In this document: in pieces, positions 1 to 9,391 of the stretch
Position numbering within the stretch: position 1 is the first letter of the stretch
How the letters are laid out: each line of letters opens with the position of its first letter
DNA from: an uncultured Candidatus Binatia bacterium
GTDB lineage: Bacteria > Desulfobacterota > Binatia > UBA9968 > JAJDTQ01
Assembly (NCBI GenBank): GCA_964291295.2
Contig: OZ219754.1
Coordinates: forward strand, 2,016,001-2,080,000
Reading direction: 5' to 3'
DNA: 64,000 nucleotides
Notes under the pieces: model-generated
Database searches by the model: none
What the model saw: the letters and a program-made list of their open reading frames with translations, nothing else
Told to the model about the DNA's origin: nothing
Position numbers and translations under genes: made by a program

Positions 1-88
1 GCCGCGGCTGGACGGCGTGGGGTCATGACGCGGCACCGTCACGGCAAGGGAAACGCGTGACAAGACCGGTAACAGGAAGGGGGCAAGC

Positions 89-1120
89 ATGACGGCAATA
101 CGAAAATCGTTGGTGGTCTTCCTGATGGTGGGGGTGCTGGGCGCTGCCGGGGCGGTAATGCCGGAAGACGTCCAATCGAAGATCATCCTCAAGGTGGCAA
201 CCCAGTCCGCGCGCCCCGGCACCCCGCGCGCGGACTATCTGGTGCATTTCAAGAACGGTGTCGCGGAACGGACCAACGGCGAGATCGAGGTGCAGATCTT
301 CTGGGCCAACTCCCTCGTGCACGCCAAGGAAGCCCTGGAGGCGGTGCAGTTGGGCACGTCCGACATGGCCGACCTCGCCATCGGCTACTTCTCCGACAAG
401 GTCCGACTGCTGCAGGTGGCCGGGCTGCCCTTCTCCGTAAGCGATCCGGTGCAGGCGCGGAAAGGCGGCCTGCGCGTGCTCGCGCAGATCCCGGAGGCGA
501 GCGCCGAACTCACCAAGTTCGGTCACGTGGTGGTGGGCATGACCGCGACGGCGAGCTACCAGCTGGTGGCCCATGATCCCATACGGAATCTGGCCGACCT
601 GAAGGGAAAGAAGGTCGGCACCTTCGGCCGCATCGCGCCCAAGGCCATCAAGGCGTCGGGAGCGATCCCGGTGAGCACCACCGGCGGCGAGATGTACGAA
701 GCGCTCCAGCGCAAGACCATCGACGCGCGCATCCTCTCCTTCGAGGCGGCCCAGCGGTTCAAGACCTACGAGGTGGCCAAGTACATGAGCAAGATCGAGA
801 TGGGCGCCATCGCGGGTATCAACACGTTCACCATCAACAAGAGAAAGTGGGACTCGCTGTCGAAGGAACACCAGAAGATTCTCCTCGAAGAGGGCGAGAG
901 GGTCGGGCAGTGGGAAGCTCAGGCGATGAAGGACGACGACGTCAAGTTCCAGAAGTACCTGAGGGGCAAGGGCGTCGAGATCGTCGACTTCTCCGCCGAG
1001 GATCGGGAGAAGTGGAAGAACAGCCCGGGCGTCAGGAAGATCTCCGGGGACTGGGTCGCCAGCATGGAGAAGCTGGGCCTGCCCGGCAAGAGGACTCTCG
1101 CGGTATTCCTGGGTGAATGA
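89..1120 (+). CDS. dctP: TRAP transporter substrate-binding protein (DctP family)
   Basis: Signal peptide; ERTNGEIEVQIF, EALEAVQLGTSDM, DLKGKK and EMYEALQRKTIDA motifs; followed by small and large TRAP permeases. Confidence 0.92.
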   Translation: MTAIRKSLVVFLMVGVLGAAGAVMPEDVQSKIILKVATQSARPGTPRADYLVHFKNGVAERTNGEIEVQIFWANSLVHAKEALEAVQLGTSDMADLAIGYFSDKVRLLQVAGLPFSVSDPVQARKGGLRVLAQIPEASAELTKFGHVVVGMTATASYQLVAHDPIRNLADLKGKKVGTFGRIAPKAIKASGAIPVSTTGGEMYEALQRKTIDARILSFEAAQRFKTYEVAKYMSKIEMGAIAGINTFTINKRKWDSLSKEHQKILLEEGERVGQWEAQAMKDDDVKFQKYLRGKGVEIVDFSAEDREKWKNSPGVRKISGDWVASMEKLGLPGKRTLAVFLGE

Positions 1121-1163
1121 AGCGGGGCGGCGGAGATGGAACCGCACCCTTGCTCCGGACCTT

Positions 1164-1198
1164 CGACCTTGCGGGGGCGGCCCGCCCCCGCAAGGTCG
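1164..1198. repeat. Perfect 17-bp inverted repeat (stem-loop) between dctP and dctQ
   Basis: CGACCTTGCGGGGGCGG-C-CCGCCCCCGCAAGGTCG read directly; no U-tract. Confidence 0.85.
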
Positions 1199-1224
1199 GT
1201 CGTCAACCGCGGGATTGATCGGCC

Positions 1225-1770
1225 TTGAACCAGACGAACGATACCGGGTCCGCCCCGGACCGGGACAGCCATGAAACCCCGGAGGACCGCACCTGGGCGA
1301 CCCGGGTGCTCACCTTTCTGAACGAGATCAGCGGCTACCTCCTGTTCTTCATGATGCTGCTGATCACGGTGGACGTCACCGGGCGCTACATGTTCTCGAG
1401 TCCAATCCCCGGGACGCTGGAGTTCACCGAGTTTCTGATCGTGTTCGTGGTGTTCTTCAGCATGGCGTACGTCCAGCTCACCAAGCGGCACATCTGCGTG
1501 GAGCTGTTGACCCAGCGGCTGCCCCGGCGGGTGGCGGATGGCCTCGCGGTGGGGGTCCTGCTCATCGCGGCGGTGTTCTTCGCGCTCATGTGCTGGCAGT
1601 CGTGGCATGCCGGGATGTCGTCGCTGGAGTACCGCGAGGCGTCTGACGGGCTGGTGCAGATTCCGGTCTACCCGCCCAAGCTCGCCATCCCCTTCGGCGC
1701 TGCCCTGATCGCCATCCAGATGTTGCGCGACGCCTGGAAACGCTTTCGGAGCCTCATGACTCCCGGGTAG
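1225..1770 (+). CDS. dctQ: TRAP transporter small permease
   Basis: About 4 TM helices; DVTGRYMFSSPIPGTLE and HICVELL motifs; TTG start uncertain. Confidence 0.9.
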   Translation: MNQTNDTGSAPDRDSHETPEDRTWATRVLTFLNEISGYLLFFMMLLITVDVTGRYMFSSPIPGTLEFTEFLIVFVVFFSMAYVQLTKRHICVELLTQRLPRRVADGLAVGVLLIAAVFFALMCWQSWHAGMSSLEYREASDGLVQIPVYPPKLAIPFGAALIAIQMLRDAWKRFRSLMTPG

Positions 1771-1777
1771 GCTTTGC

Positions 1778-3091
1778 ATGGATCCCACCTTCCTGGCGAT
1801 ACTCAGCGTATTCGTTCTCATCATCCTGCTGCTGTGCGGCCTTCACGTGGCCGTGTCGCTGGGGCTGGTGGGGGTGTTGGGCTTCGTGATGATCACCGAC
1901 AGCTGGTCCGCCGGCATCGGCCTGTTGCGAACCACGCCGTACAAGGTGGTGGCGAATTTCACGTTCTTCGCGATACCCGTCTTCATCCTGATGGGGCAGT
2001 TCGCCAACTACGGCGGCTTGAGCGCGGATATCTATTCGGTGGTTCACAAGTGGCTCGGGCGGGTGCGGGGCGGCCTCGCCATGGCCACCACGGCAAGCTG
2101 CGCCGCCTTTGCCGCGGCCTGCGGCTCCAGTGTGGCCACCGCCGCCACGTTCACGCAGGTGGCGCTGCCGGAAATGCTGAAGTATGGCTACGACAAGCGG
2201 ATCGCCACCGGCGCCATCGCGGCTTCGGGCACCCTGGGAGCGTTGATTCCTCCCAGTGGCCTCATGATCATCTACGGCATCATCACCGAGCAGTCCATCG
2301 GCAAGCTGCTGATCGCCGGCTTCATTCCCGGCCTCCTTTCGGCGCTGATCTACATGGGCATGATCTCCTGCTGGGTGCGGCTCCGGCCCGGGATGGCGCC
2401 TATCATCGAGGAGAGGCCGCCGTTGAGGGAGAAGCTCCTGTCCCTGTACCGGGTCTGGGGCATCGTCACGCTCTCCATCATTGTCATGGGAGCGATCTAC
2501 CTGGGCATCGCCACCCCCACCGAGGCGGGCGCCTTCGGCGCCTTCGGCGCCTTCGTGATCATGGTCGCCAAAGGCAGCTTCACGCGCCAGAGGCTCCGCA
2601 ACACCGTGCTCGACACCGCCACGTCCACCACGATGCTGTTCACCATCATCATCGGCGCCTACATCTTCAGCCGCTTTCTGGCTGTCACCAATGTGGGCCC
2701 GCAGCTTGCGGACTACCTGGTGAGTTCGGGCATGCCGCGCCACCTGATCCTGGCCGGATTCCTGCTGCTCTACGTGTTCCTGGGCATGTTCATGGACCCG
2801 GCGGCCATGATGGCCATCACCCTGCCCATCGTCTTTCCCATCGTGGTCGAGATGGGCTTCAGCGGCATCTGGTTCGGTGTGCTGGTGATCAAGACCTCGG
2901 AGATCGGCCTCATCACGCCGCCGGTGGGAATGAACGTCTATACCGTGAATGCCGCGGCCCATGGCATGGTGCGCCTTGAGGATATCTTCAAGGGCATCCT
3001 GCCGTTCTTCCTGATGGACGTACTCACCCTGGTGGTGCTGGTGGCCTTCCCGCAGATCTCCCTGTGGCTGCCGGGCCGGATGCTCGGGTAG
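1778..3091 (+). CDS. dctM: TRAP transporter large permease
   Basis: AIPVFILMG, GSSVATAA, LIPPS, ATPTEAGA and ITPPVGMN DctM motifs. Confidence 0.95.
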   Translation: MDPTFLAILSVFVLIILLLCGLHVAVSLGLVGVLGFVMITDSWSAGIGLLRTTPYKVVANFTFFAIPVFILMGQFANYGGLSADIYSVVHKWLGRVRGGLAMATTASCAAFAAACGSSVATAATFTQVALPEMLKYGYDKRIATGAIAASGTLGALIPPSGLMIIYGIITEQSIGKLLIAGFIPGLLSALIYMGMISCWVRLRPGMAPIIEERPPLREKLLSLYRVWGIVTLSIIVMGAIYLGIATPTEAGAFGAFGAFVIMVAKGSFTRQRLRNTVLDTATSTTMLFTIIIGAYIFSRFLAVTNVGPQLADYLVSSGMPRHLILAGFLLLYVFLGMFMDPAAMMAITLPIVFPIVVEMGFSGIWFGVLVIKTSEIGLITPPVGMNVYTVNAAAHGMVRLEDIFKGILPFFLMDVLTLVVLVAFPQISLWLPGRMLG

Positions 3092-3147
3092 GATCCCACG
3101 CCGCTGCGAACCCTGCCCGGGGTACGGCCGGGCGGCCGTCCCTTCAG

Positions 3148-3915
3148 CTACACGACTTCGTTTTTCTCGATGATGTCGAGAACCTGGTCCTCGAACTCGG
3201 CCAATTCCGCCCGGGTGGCGTTGGTGGGGGTCTCCATGTCGGCGAGGACCTTTCCGGGCCTGCCGAGGATGACCAGCCGCGAGCCGATCTCCAGGGCCTC
3301 GTGAATGTTGTGGGTGATGAGGAGGCAGGTTTTTCTGCTTGCGGTGACCAGCTCCAGGAAGACTTCGCGAAGCCGCCGGGCGGTGGACTGGTCCAGATGG
3401 CCGAAGGCCTCGTCGGCGAAGAAGATCTCCGGCGACAGGCAGAAGGCCCGGGCCATGCCCACCCGCTGGCGCATGCCGCCGGACAGCTCATGGGGAAAGG
3501 CGTCCTCGAAACCCTGGAGTTCGAGCTTGTGCAGCCATTCCAGGGCGATGTCGTTCTGTTCCTTTTCGCTGAACTCGAGAATCTCCAGACCCACCCGGGC
3601 GTTTTCCAGAGCCGTCCGCCACGGCAGCAGGCGGTCGGTCTGAAAGATCACGCCGAGCTTCGACCGGAAGTAGTCGAACTCCCGATAGGGGTCGTGCCCC
3701 AGCAATGCGATGGACCCCGCGGTGGGCTGCTCCAGGCCCAGGAGAAGGTTGAACGTGGTGGACTTCCCGCAGCCGGTCTTGCCCACGATGGCGACGATGT
3801 CGCCGCTGCCCACCTCGAGGTTGAGCCCGTCCACTGCGGTGAATCGATCGCCGTCCACCGAGGTGAAGACCATCTGCACGTCCCGCATGCGGACCACGGC
3901 ATCGGCGCCGCTCAT
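3148..3915 (-). CDS. ABC transporter ATP-binding protein (SsuB/TauB/NrtD-like)
   Basis: Walker A GKTGCGKST, LLPWRT, LSGGMRQRV, DEAFGHLD; start re-placed at MSGADAVV (ATG 3915), overlapping the permease stop. Confidence 0.92.
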   Translation of the reverse strand: MSGADAVVRMRDVQMVFTSVDGDRFTAVDGLNLEVGSGDIVAIVGKTGCGKSTTFNLLLGLEQPTAGSIALLGHDPYREFDYFRSKLGVIFQTDRLLPWRTALENARVGLEILEFSEKEQNDIALEWLHKLELQGFEDAFPHELSGGMRQRVGMARAFCLSPEIFFADEAFGHLDQSTARRLREVFLELVTASRKTCLLITHNIHEALEIGSRLVILGRPGKVLADMETPTNATRAELAEFEDQVLDIIEKNEVV

Positions 3916-4751
3916 GTGGCCATGCCTCCCTGCCGGGCCGGGCGCCAGCGCAGCAGCTTTTGCTCCAGCATGAGAATGATCAGTTGGGTGATGAGCAGGA
4001 AGGTCACCAGCACCAGGGTCCAGGCGATGGCCTTCGGCATCTCGAACAGTTCCTGCGCCAGCAGCAGCTTGTTGCCGACGCCCCGGGTGGCGCCCACCAG
4101 TTCGGCGACGATGACCACGCGCGCCGCCAGCCCGAGGTTCACCTTCCATGCGGTCAGCACCGCGGGGATCATGCCCGGAAGGATCAGTTTGGCGAAGAGC
4201 TGTTTCCGGGTGGGGCGCAGGGCCCGCAGCATGTCCAGATACTCCTTGGCGATGCTCTTGATGCCGTCGTGAATGATCAGGGCATAGTTGGGCAGGCTGC
4301 CGGCCAGCAGGATGAAGGCGATACGCGTCTCCACGTGGCTGAACCAGATGATGGCGAAGACCACCCAGGAGAGGGCGGGTATGCCCATGATGAAGTGGAG
4401 CACCGGCAGGGTGTACTTCTCCACCTTTTCGGTAAAGCCCATGAACACGCCCAGGACGGTTCCGCTGATGAACGCCAGGATGAGTCCCAGGAATATCCTG
4501 CCCATGGTAATGAGCACGTCCGCCAGCAGGTGGAAGCTGGTGACGACCTCGATGAACGCGGCGACGATGACGCCGACGCTGGGGACAAGGTAGGGAGGAA
4601 GAAAGAGCGACGTGATCTGCCAAGCCGCCAGGATCACCGCGAACGAGATGATCGGCTCCTTCCGGGCGGCCACGAGCCCCAGGAGGCGGGCAGGCCGCGC
4701 CTCCCGGGGCCTGGTTGGCGAACCGGTGGTGCGGGTGGCGTTGGATTCCAT
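3912..4751 (-). CDS. ABC transporter permease (SsuC/TauC-like)
   Basis: About 6 TM helices, EAA-like loop, VAELVGATRGVG motif. Confidence 0.9.
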   Translation of the reverse strand: MESNATRTTGSPTRPREARPARLLGLVAARKEPIISFAVILAAWQITSLFLPPYLVPSVGVIVAAFIEVVTSFHLLADVLITMGRIFLGLILAFISGTVLGVFMGFTEKVEKYTLPVLHFIMGIPALSWVVFAIIWFSHVETRIAFILLAGSLPNYALIIHDGIKSIAKEYLDMLRALRPTRKQLFAKLILPGMIPAVLTAWKVNLGLAARVVIVAELVGATRGVGNKLLLAQELFEMPKAIAWTLVLVTFLLITQLIILMLEQKLLRWRPARQGGMAT

Positions 4752-4766
4752 GCCGGCGGCGCGCGG

Positions 4767-5792
4767 CTAGCGGACCTTGCCCCGGTAGATGATGCCGTCG
4801 TCCGGCAGCTTCTTCATGTAGCCGCTCTCGATGCCGGCCTGGAACAGAGCCTTGATGTTGTTCTCTATCTCCGCCGCCGGCACCACGTCGAGAGGATAGC
4901 GCGCCGTGGCCAGCGCCATCAGGAATGCATGCTTGGGCACGCCGGCCGCATTCTCGATGATCGTGGCGGCCTCTTCATGGTGCGTCGGCAACCACCTGGC
5001 CAGTTCCTCGAAGGCCGCGTAGATCTTCGGGATCAACTCCTTGTGGCTGGCGATCCAGTCTTCGTGCGCCGAAATGCCCAGAAAACCCCTCTGCGGCACC
5101 CCGTGAATGGCCTGCCACTGGTGGAAGTACTCGATCATCTTGAGCTTGCCGGGGTTGCTGACCAGCATCTTGGAATAGTTGGGCTCCCAGATGTGCACCG
5201 CGTCGGCCCGCTTGGCCATCAGCAGGCTTGCCAATCCCGCGGTGTTGGTGGACTGGATCGCCACCTTGTCCAGGTCGACGCCCGCCTTGTGGGCAAAGTA
5301 GCGGAACATGGCGTAATTGGTGGTCACGGTGACCGCTCCCAGGCTCTTGCCTTCCAGGTCCGCGATGCTGTTGATGGCGGGGTCCATGGTCAACAGTGCG
5401 CCGTGTCCGTTGAGCACGTTGAACAGGTAGACCGACTTGACCCCCTTGAGCCGCCGGTTGGCTTCCGAAAGGAGCGCCGATGCGATGGTGATCCTGTCCC
5501 GGCCGGTGGCGAAGTCCGTGTTGGCCGCACGGGGCTTCTTGAAGGCCCACTGGATGTCGATGCCGTGCTTCTTGTCGAACTCGTTGGCTTCGATCAGGGA
5601 CGCCGTCGTGTGGCCGAAGGACGGCTTGTCGAAAGAGCCGATACTTACGGTGGGCATGTCCTGGGCCGGAACCGCGGCGGCGCCGGCCAGAGCCACCAGG
5701 GCCGCCAGCACCAGGACCACCAGGAAACTTGAAATTGTTGAAATTGGCCGTGAACTCGGTCGTGAGTCCGGCCGTGAACTCGGTCGAAGCAT
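4767..5792 (-). CDS. ABC transporter substrate-binding protein (NMT1/SsuA-like)
   Basis: Signal peptide; SIADLEGKSLG and DAVHIWEP motifs; start placed at MLRPSS. Confidence 0.85.
   Translation of the reverse strand: MLRPSSRPDSRPSSRPISTISSFLVVLVLAALVALAGAAAVPAQDMPTVSIGSFDKPSFGHTTASLIEANEFDKKHGIDIQWAFKKPRAANTDFATGRDRITIASALLSEANRRLKGVKSVYLFNVLNGHGALLTMDPAINSIADLEGKSLGAVTVTTNYAMFRYFAHKAGVDLDKVAIQSTNTAGLASLLMAKRADAVHIWEPNYSKMLVSNPGKLKMIEYFHQWQAIHGVPQRGFLGISAHEDWIASHKELIPKIYAAFEELARWLPTHHEEAATIIENAAGVPKHAFLMALATARYPLDVVPAAEIENNIKALFQAGIESGYMKKLPDDGIIYRGKVR
5746..5787. repeat. 12-bp tandem repeat (~3.5 copies) encoding RPSS/RPDS in the signal region of the binding protein
   Basis: GGCCGTGAACTC GGTCGTGAGTCC GGCCGTGAACTC GGTCGA. 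Confidence 0.8.
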
Positions 5793-6063
5793 GGCTTGTC
5801 CTCCTTGTGTCGGGGGCTCCTGACGGAGAGCAGTCATTCGCAGGTTTCCGATCCGCTGTCGGGTGAGAAAGGACCGTAGGCATTTTCGGCGTGCGTGTCA
5901 ACGGGAAGCGGCGGAGAAACACCACGAAGAATCACCGGCGCGGTCTTGAACTGCCCCATCCGTTCGGTTACATCCAGATGGGTCGCGGCCATGAAGGAAC
6001 GAAGGGGAACGAACGGAACCAATGGGACAAACCACCCGGTACAAACGAGCGCGGAGGTGACGC

Positions 6064-7215
6064 ATGTACCTTGTTGACGCGGACGGACACGTCGAGGAGA
6101 GCGAAACCACATTCAGCGACACCTACCTGGACCCGGCATTCCGGGCTCAGCGGCCTCAGGTGGTGGCCATCGACCAGATGGTCTACTGGATGATCGAGGA
6201 GCAGTTGTACCCGCGCCGGGTCGGCCGCGGCGCCCACAATTTGGGGACGCCGGCCAGCTACAAGGGCAGAAAGACCCTCCACGCGCAGAAGAAGTCCGAC
6301 ACCACCGGCAGTATGGAGATCCACGGCGTCAAGGAGCGCATCGAGGCCATGGACAAGGAAGGGATCTCGTTGCAGGTCCTCTATCCCACGCTCTTCCTTG
6401 CCTATCCGCTGGCCGCGGACCCGGCGCTGGTGACCGCCATGGGATCCGCCTACAACCGCTTCCTGGGTGACCAGATCGGCGCCCACGAGCGGCTCAAGTG
6501 GGCGGCGGTGGTGAACCTGGATGACGTCGACGGCGCGGTGCGCCAGCTCCGGGAGGCGCATGAACTCGGCGCCGTGGCCGTCATGGTGCTGGGTACCATC
6601 GGCGACCGGTTGCTCGACGACCCGGCCTTTCTGCCGTTCTACGAGGCGCTGGTGGAGCGGGATCTGACCTTGGCGATCCACGTCGGCTGGGCCACGCCGG
6701 CCCTGAACGGTCTCTTCACCCACATCTATCCGTCCTCGGTGAACGCGTTTCTGATGCCGGTCCTGCTGGGTTTTTCGGCCATGATCCACAGCGGCCTGCT
6801 GGACCGGTTCCCCACCATGCGGGTGGGCTTCCTGGAAGCCGGCTGCCAGTGGGTCCATTTCATGGTAGACCGCATGGACCACCGCTTTGGCCATTCGGGC
6901 AACTTCCTCGCCGAGATCCTCCCGGCCACGGTCCCCAAGGCGAAGCTGGCGCCGATGGAATATCTCCGGCAGGGCAATCTCTACCTCAGCGCGGAGGTGG
7001 AGGACACGCTGTTGCCCCAAGTGGTGGAGTTCGTGGGCGAGGGGCAGGTGGTCTACGGCTCGGACATGCCCCACGGCGACCGCGAGGTGCTGTCCAGCGA
7101 CTACCTGAAGCAACGGGAGGATCTCAGCCAGACCGTCAAGACCAGGATCCTTCGAGACAACGGCGCCAGGCTCTATAATCTGGACATCGGCGACGCGGTG
7201 AGGAAGGCGTCGTAG
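6064..7215 (+). CDS. Amidohydrolase_2 family protein (decarboxylase/hydratase-like)
   Basis: DADGH, LAIHVG, FLEAGCQW and YGSDMPHGD motifs; GGAGG RBS. Confidence 0.9.
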   Translation: MYLVDADGHVEESETTFSDTYLDPAFRAQRPQVVAIDQMVYWMIEEQLYPRRVGRGAHNLGTPASYKGRKTLHAQKKSDTTGSMEIHGVKERIEAMDKEGISLQVLYPTLFLAYPLAADPALVTAMGSAYNRFLGDQIGAHERLKWAAVVNLDDVDGAVRQLREAHELGAVAVMVLGTIGDRLLDDPAFLPFYEALVERDLTLAIHVGWATPALNGLFTHIYPSSVNAFLMPVLLGFSAMIHSGLLDRFPTMRVGFLEAGCQWVHFMVDRMDHRFGHSGNFLAEILPATVPKAKLAPMEYLRQGNLYLSAEVEDTLLPQVVEFVGEGQVVYGSDMPHGDREVLSSDYLKQREDLSQTVKTRILRDNGARLYNLDIGDAVRKAS

Positions 7216-7228
7216 CGTCCCGCGGCGC

Positions 7229-7498
7229 TCACTCCCGGGAGAGGTCCGGTTGCCGGAGGATGATCTCCCGGGAGCGGATGGTCACGAGCCGGTCGAGTCG
7301 GCCCAGCATGACCTTGGCGGCTTCGGTCGAGATGGCTTGGCCGAAGATGTGGTAGCGTTCTCCGTCGAGACTCTGGTTGTTGGCCCAGACGGCGAACTCG
7401 TGAGGGGTGGGAGCATGGCCCAGTTCCCGGGCGCAGCGTCGCACCACGAAGCCGAGCATCACCTTCCGACCCTTGCCGTTGTCCGCACCGGACGACAT
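7229..7498 (-). CDS. Small hypothetical protein (89 aa)
   Basis: Fills an otherwise empty gap with non-shadow amino-acid composition; start could be the Met at 7459. Confidence 0.6.
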   Translation of the reverse strand: MSSGADNGKGRKVMLGFVVRRCARELGHAPTPHEFAVWANNQSLDGERYHIFGQAISTEAAKVMLGRLDRLVTIRSREIILRQPDLSRE

Positions 7499-7569
7499 AC
7501 CGGAAGTTCATAGGTCAACCACAAACGGGTTTCAACCCGACCCGGATACGCGAGGCAGAGGAGGCAGGC

Positions 7570-8547
7570 TTGGCGACTCGCAGGCGCGCGAAACTGACCA
7601 TGGAGTCGATCCGGCAGGCGGCGAAGCGGCTGCGCAACTGGGGCCGGTGGGGCAAGGACGACGAGGTCGGCACGCTCAACTTCACCACCTCCGAGGACAT
7701 CGTCGGCGCCGCCCGACTCGTGCGCAAGGGCCAGGTCTTTTCCCTCGCTCTCGCTTTCGACGCTGGCGGCCCGCAGGGCGGCAAGAGCAACTACCCGGCC
7801 ATGGGGCGGTTCAATCCCATCCATCTCATGCTGCGCACCGGCACGGACGCGTACTCGGGGGTGCTCGACCATCGGGGCATCCGCGGCGCCGACGACGTCA
7901 TCATCATGCCGCTGCAGGCCGGCACCCAATGGGACGGGCTGGCGCACATCTTCTACGAAGACCGGATGTACAACGGCTACGACTGTCGCCTGGTGACCAG
8001 CGGGGGCGCTGCCAGGAACGGCATCGAGAAGACGCGTGCGAAGATGGTCGGCCGCGGCGTGCTGCTGGACGTGGCCCGGGCCAAGGGCCGCGAGTGGCTG
8101 AAGGACGGCTACGCCATCACCGAACGCGACCTCGACCGCGCCATGAAGCGTCAGCAGGTGGATGTGCGCCGGGGCGACTACCTGCTGGTGAGGACAGGCC
8201 AGATGAAGGCGAGACTCGACGCCGGATCCTGGGACGGCTATCCGGGCGGGGACGCGCCGGGGCTCGGCTTCGAGACCCTCGACTGGCTCCACTCCAGGGA
8301 GGTGGCCGCGGTGGCGACGGACACCTGGGGGGTGGAGGTGCGGCCCAACCAGATCCGGGAAGTCAATCAGCCGTGGCACTGGATCAGCATCCCCAACATG
8401 GGCCTCACGGTGGGCGAGATATTCTATCTGGAAGAGCTGGCGGACGATTGCGCCGGGGACGGACGCTACGAGTTCATGTTCGCGGGTCCGGCGCTGCCGT
8501 TCACCGGCGCGGTGGGCTCCCCGACGAACCCGTTGGCCATCAAGTGA
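7570..8547 (+). CDS. Cyclase family (kynurenine formamidase-like) metallohydrolase
   Basis: NWGRWGKDDEVGTLN, QAGTQWDGLAH, GRGVLLD and GSPTNPLA motifs. Confidence 0.92.
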   Translation: MATRRRAKLTMESIRQAAKRLRNWGRWGKDDEVGTLNFTTSEDIVGAARLVRKGQVFSLALAFDAGGPQGGKSNYPAMGRFNPIHLMLRTGTDAYSGVLDHRGIRGADDVIIMPLQAGTQWDGLAHIFYEDRMYNGYDCRLVTSGGAARNGIEKTRAKMVGRGVLLDVARAKGREWLKDGYAITERDLDRAMKRQQVDVRRGDYLLVRTGQMKARLDAGSWDGYPGGDAPGLGFETLDWLHSREVAAVATDTWGVEVRPNQIREVNQPWHWISIPNMGLTVGEIFYLEELADDCAGDGRYEFMFAGPALPFTGAVGSPTNPLAIK

Positions 8548-8569
8548 GCGAACCACACGACCGGAGGAG

Positions 8570-9391
8570 ATGACAATGGCGGCGCAACTTGGCTCGGTAT
8601 GGCTTCAGGAACTGACCTGGGAGGAGGTTGCGGCCTATCTTGAGGACTCCGACATGGTCATCTGTCCGGTGGGGAGCACCGAAGAGCACGGCCCCGCCGG
8701 GCCCCTCGGACTGGACTGCCTCATCGCCATCGCGCTGGCGGAGGACGCCGCCCGGGCCACGGGAACGCTGTGCACCCCGCCGCTGTGGTTTGGCGACTCG
8801 CCCCATCACCTGGGCTTCCCGGGGACCATCTCGCTCCGCACCGAGACGTTGATGGCGGTGATTCAGGACATGAGCCGCAGCCTGCGCAAGCACGGGTTCC
8901 GGAAGATCCTCATCATCAATGGACACAAGGGTGCCAACCTTCCCGGCCTGCTGGCGGCCACCAAGAACCTGCGCGAGTTCGAGATGCCCGAGGTCTTCTT
9001 CGCGGTCATCGATCCGGTGAAGATCGCCAAGAAGATCGCCAACGAGATCAAGGAATCCAGCGAGCACCACAGCGGCGAACTGGAGATCTCGGAGTGCTGG
9101 TACAAGTACCCCCACCTGATCAGGCAAGAGAAGCTGACCACGTCGCAGGTGGACTTCGACAGAAACTTCTCGCCGTGGGCCCACGGGGACCTCTTCTCCG
9201 CGCCGCACGAGGTCATCGACATTCCCTGGACCAGCACCGAGCAGCGCCGGATCGTGCCCACCGGCTCCTTCAGCCCCTCCATCAAGGCCTCCCCCGAGAA
9301 GGGCAAGGCCTACCACGATTACATGGTTGACCAGATCGTCCGGTTCATCGGCTGGCTGCGTGACTACGACGGGCCGGTGGCGCAGGTTTGA
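8570..9391 (+). CDS. Creatininase family amidohydrolase
   Basis: PVGSTEEHG..LGLD, FPGTISL, INGHKGAN and HSGELE motifs. Confidence 0.92.
   Translation: MTMAAQLGSVWLQELTWEEVAAYLEDSDMVICPVGSTEEHGPAGPLGLDCLIAIALAEDAARATGTLCTPPLWFGDSPHHLGFPGTISLRTETLMAVIQDMSRSLRKHGFRKILIINGHKGANLPGLLAATKNLREFEMPEVFFAVIDPVKIAKKIANEIKESSEHHSGELEISECWYKYPHLIRQEKLTTSQVDFDRNFSPWAHGDLFSAPHEVIDIPWTSTEQRRIVPTGSFSPSIKASPEKGKAYHDYMVDQIVRFIGWLRDYDGPVAQV

Noticed and set aside
3916-4623. Apparent N-terminal extension of the ABC ATPase (491 aa)
   Set aside because: Overlaps the permease in another frame with R/G/H-rich shadow composition
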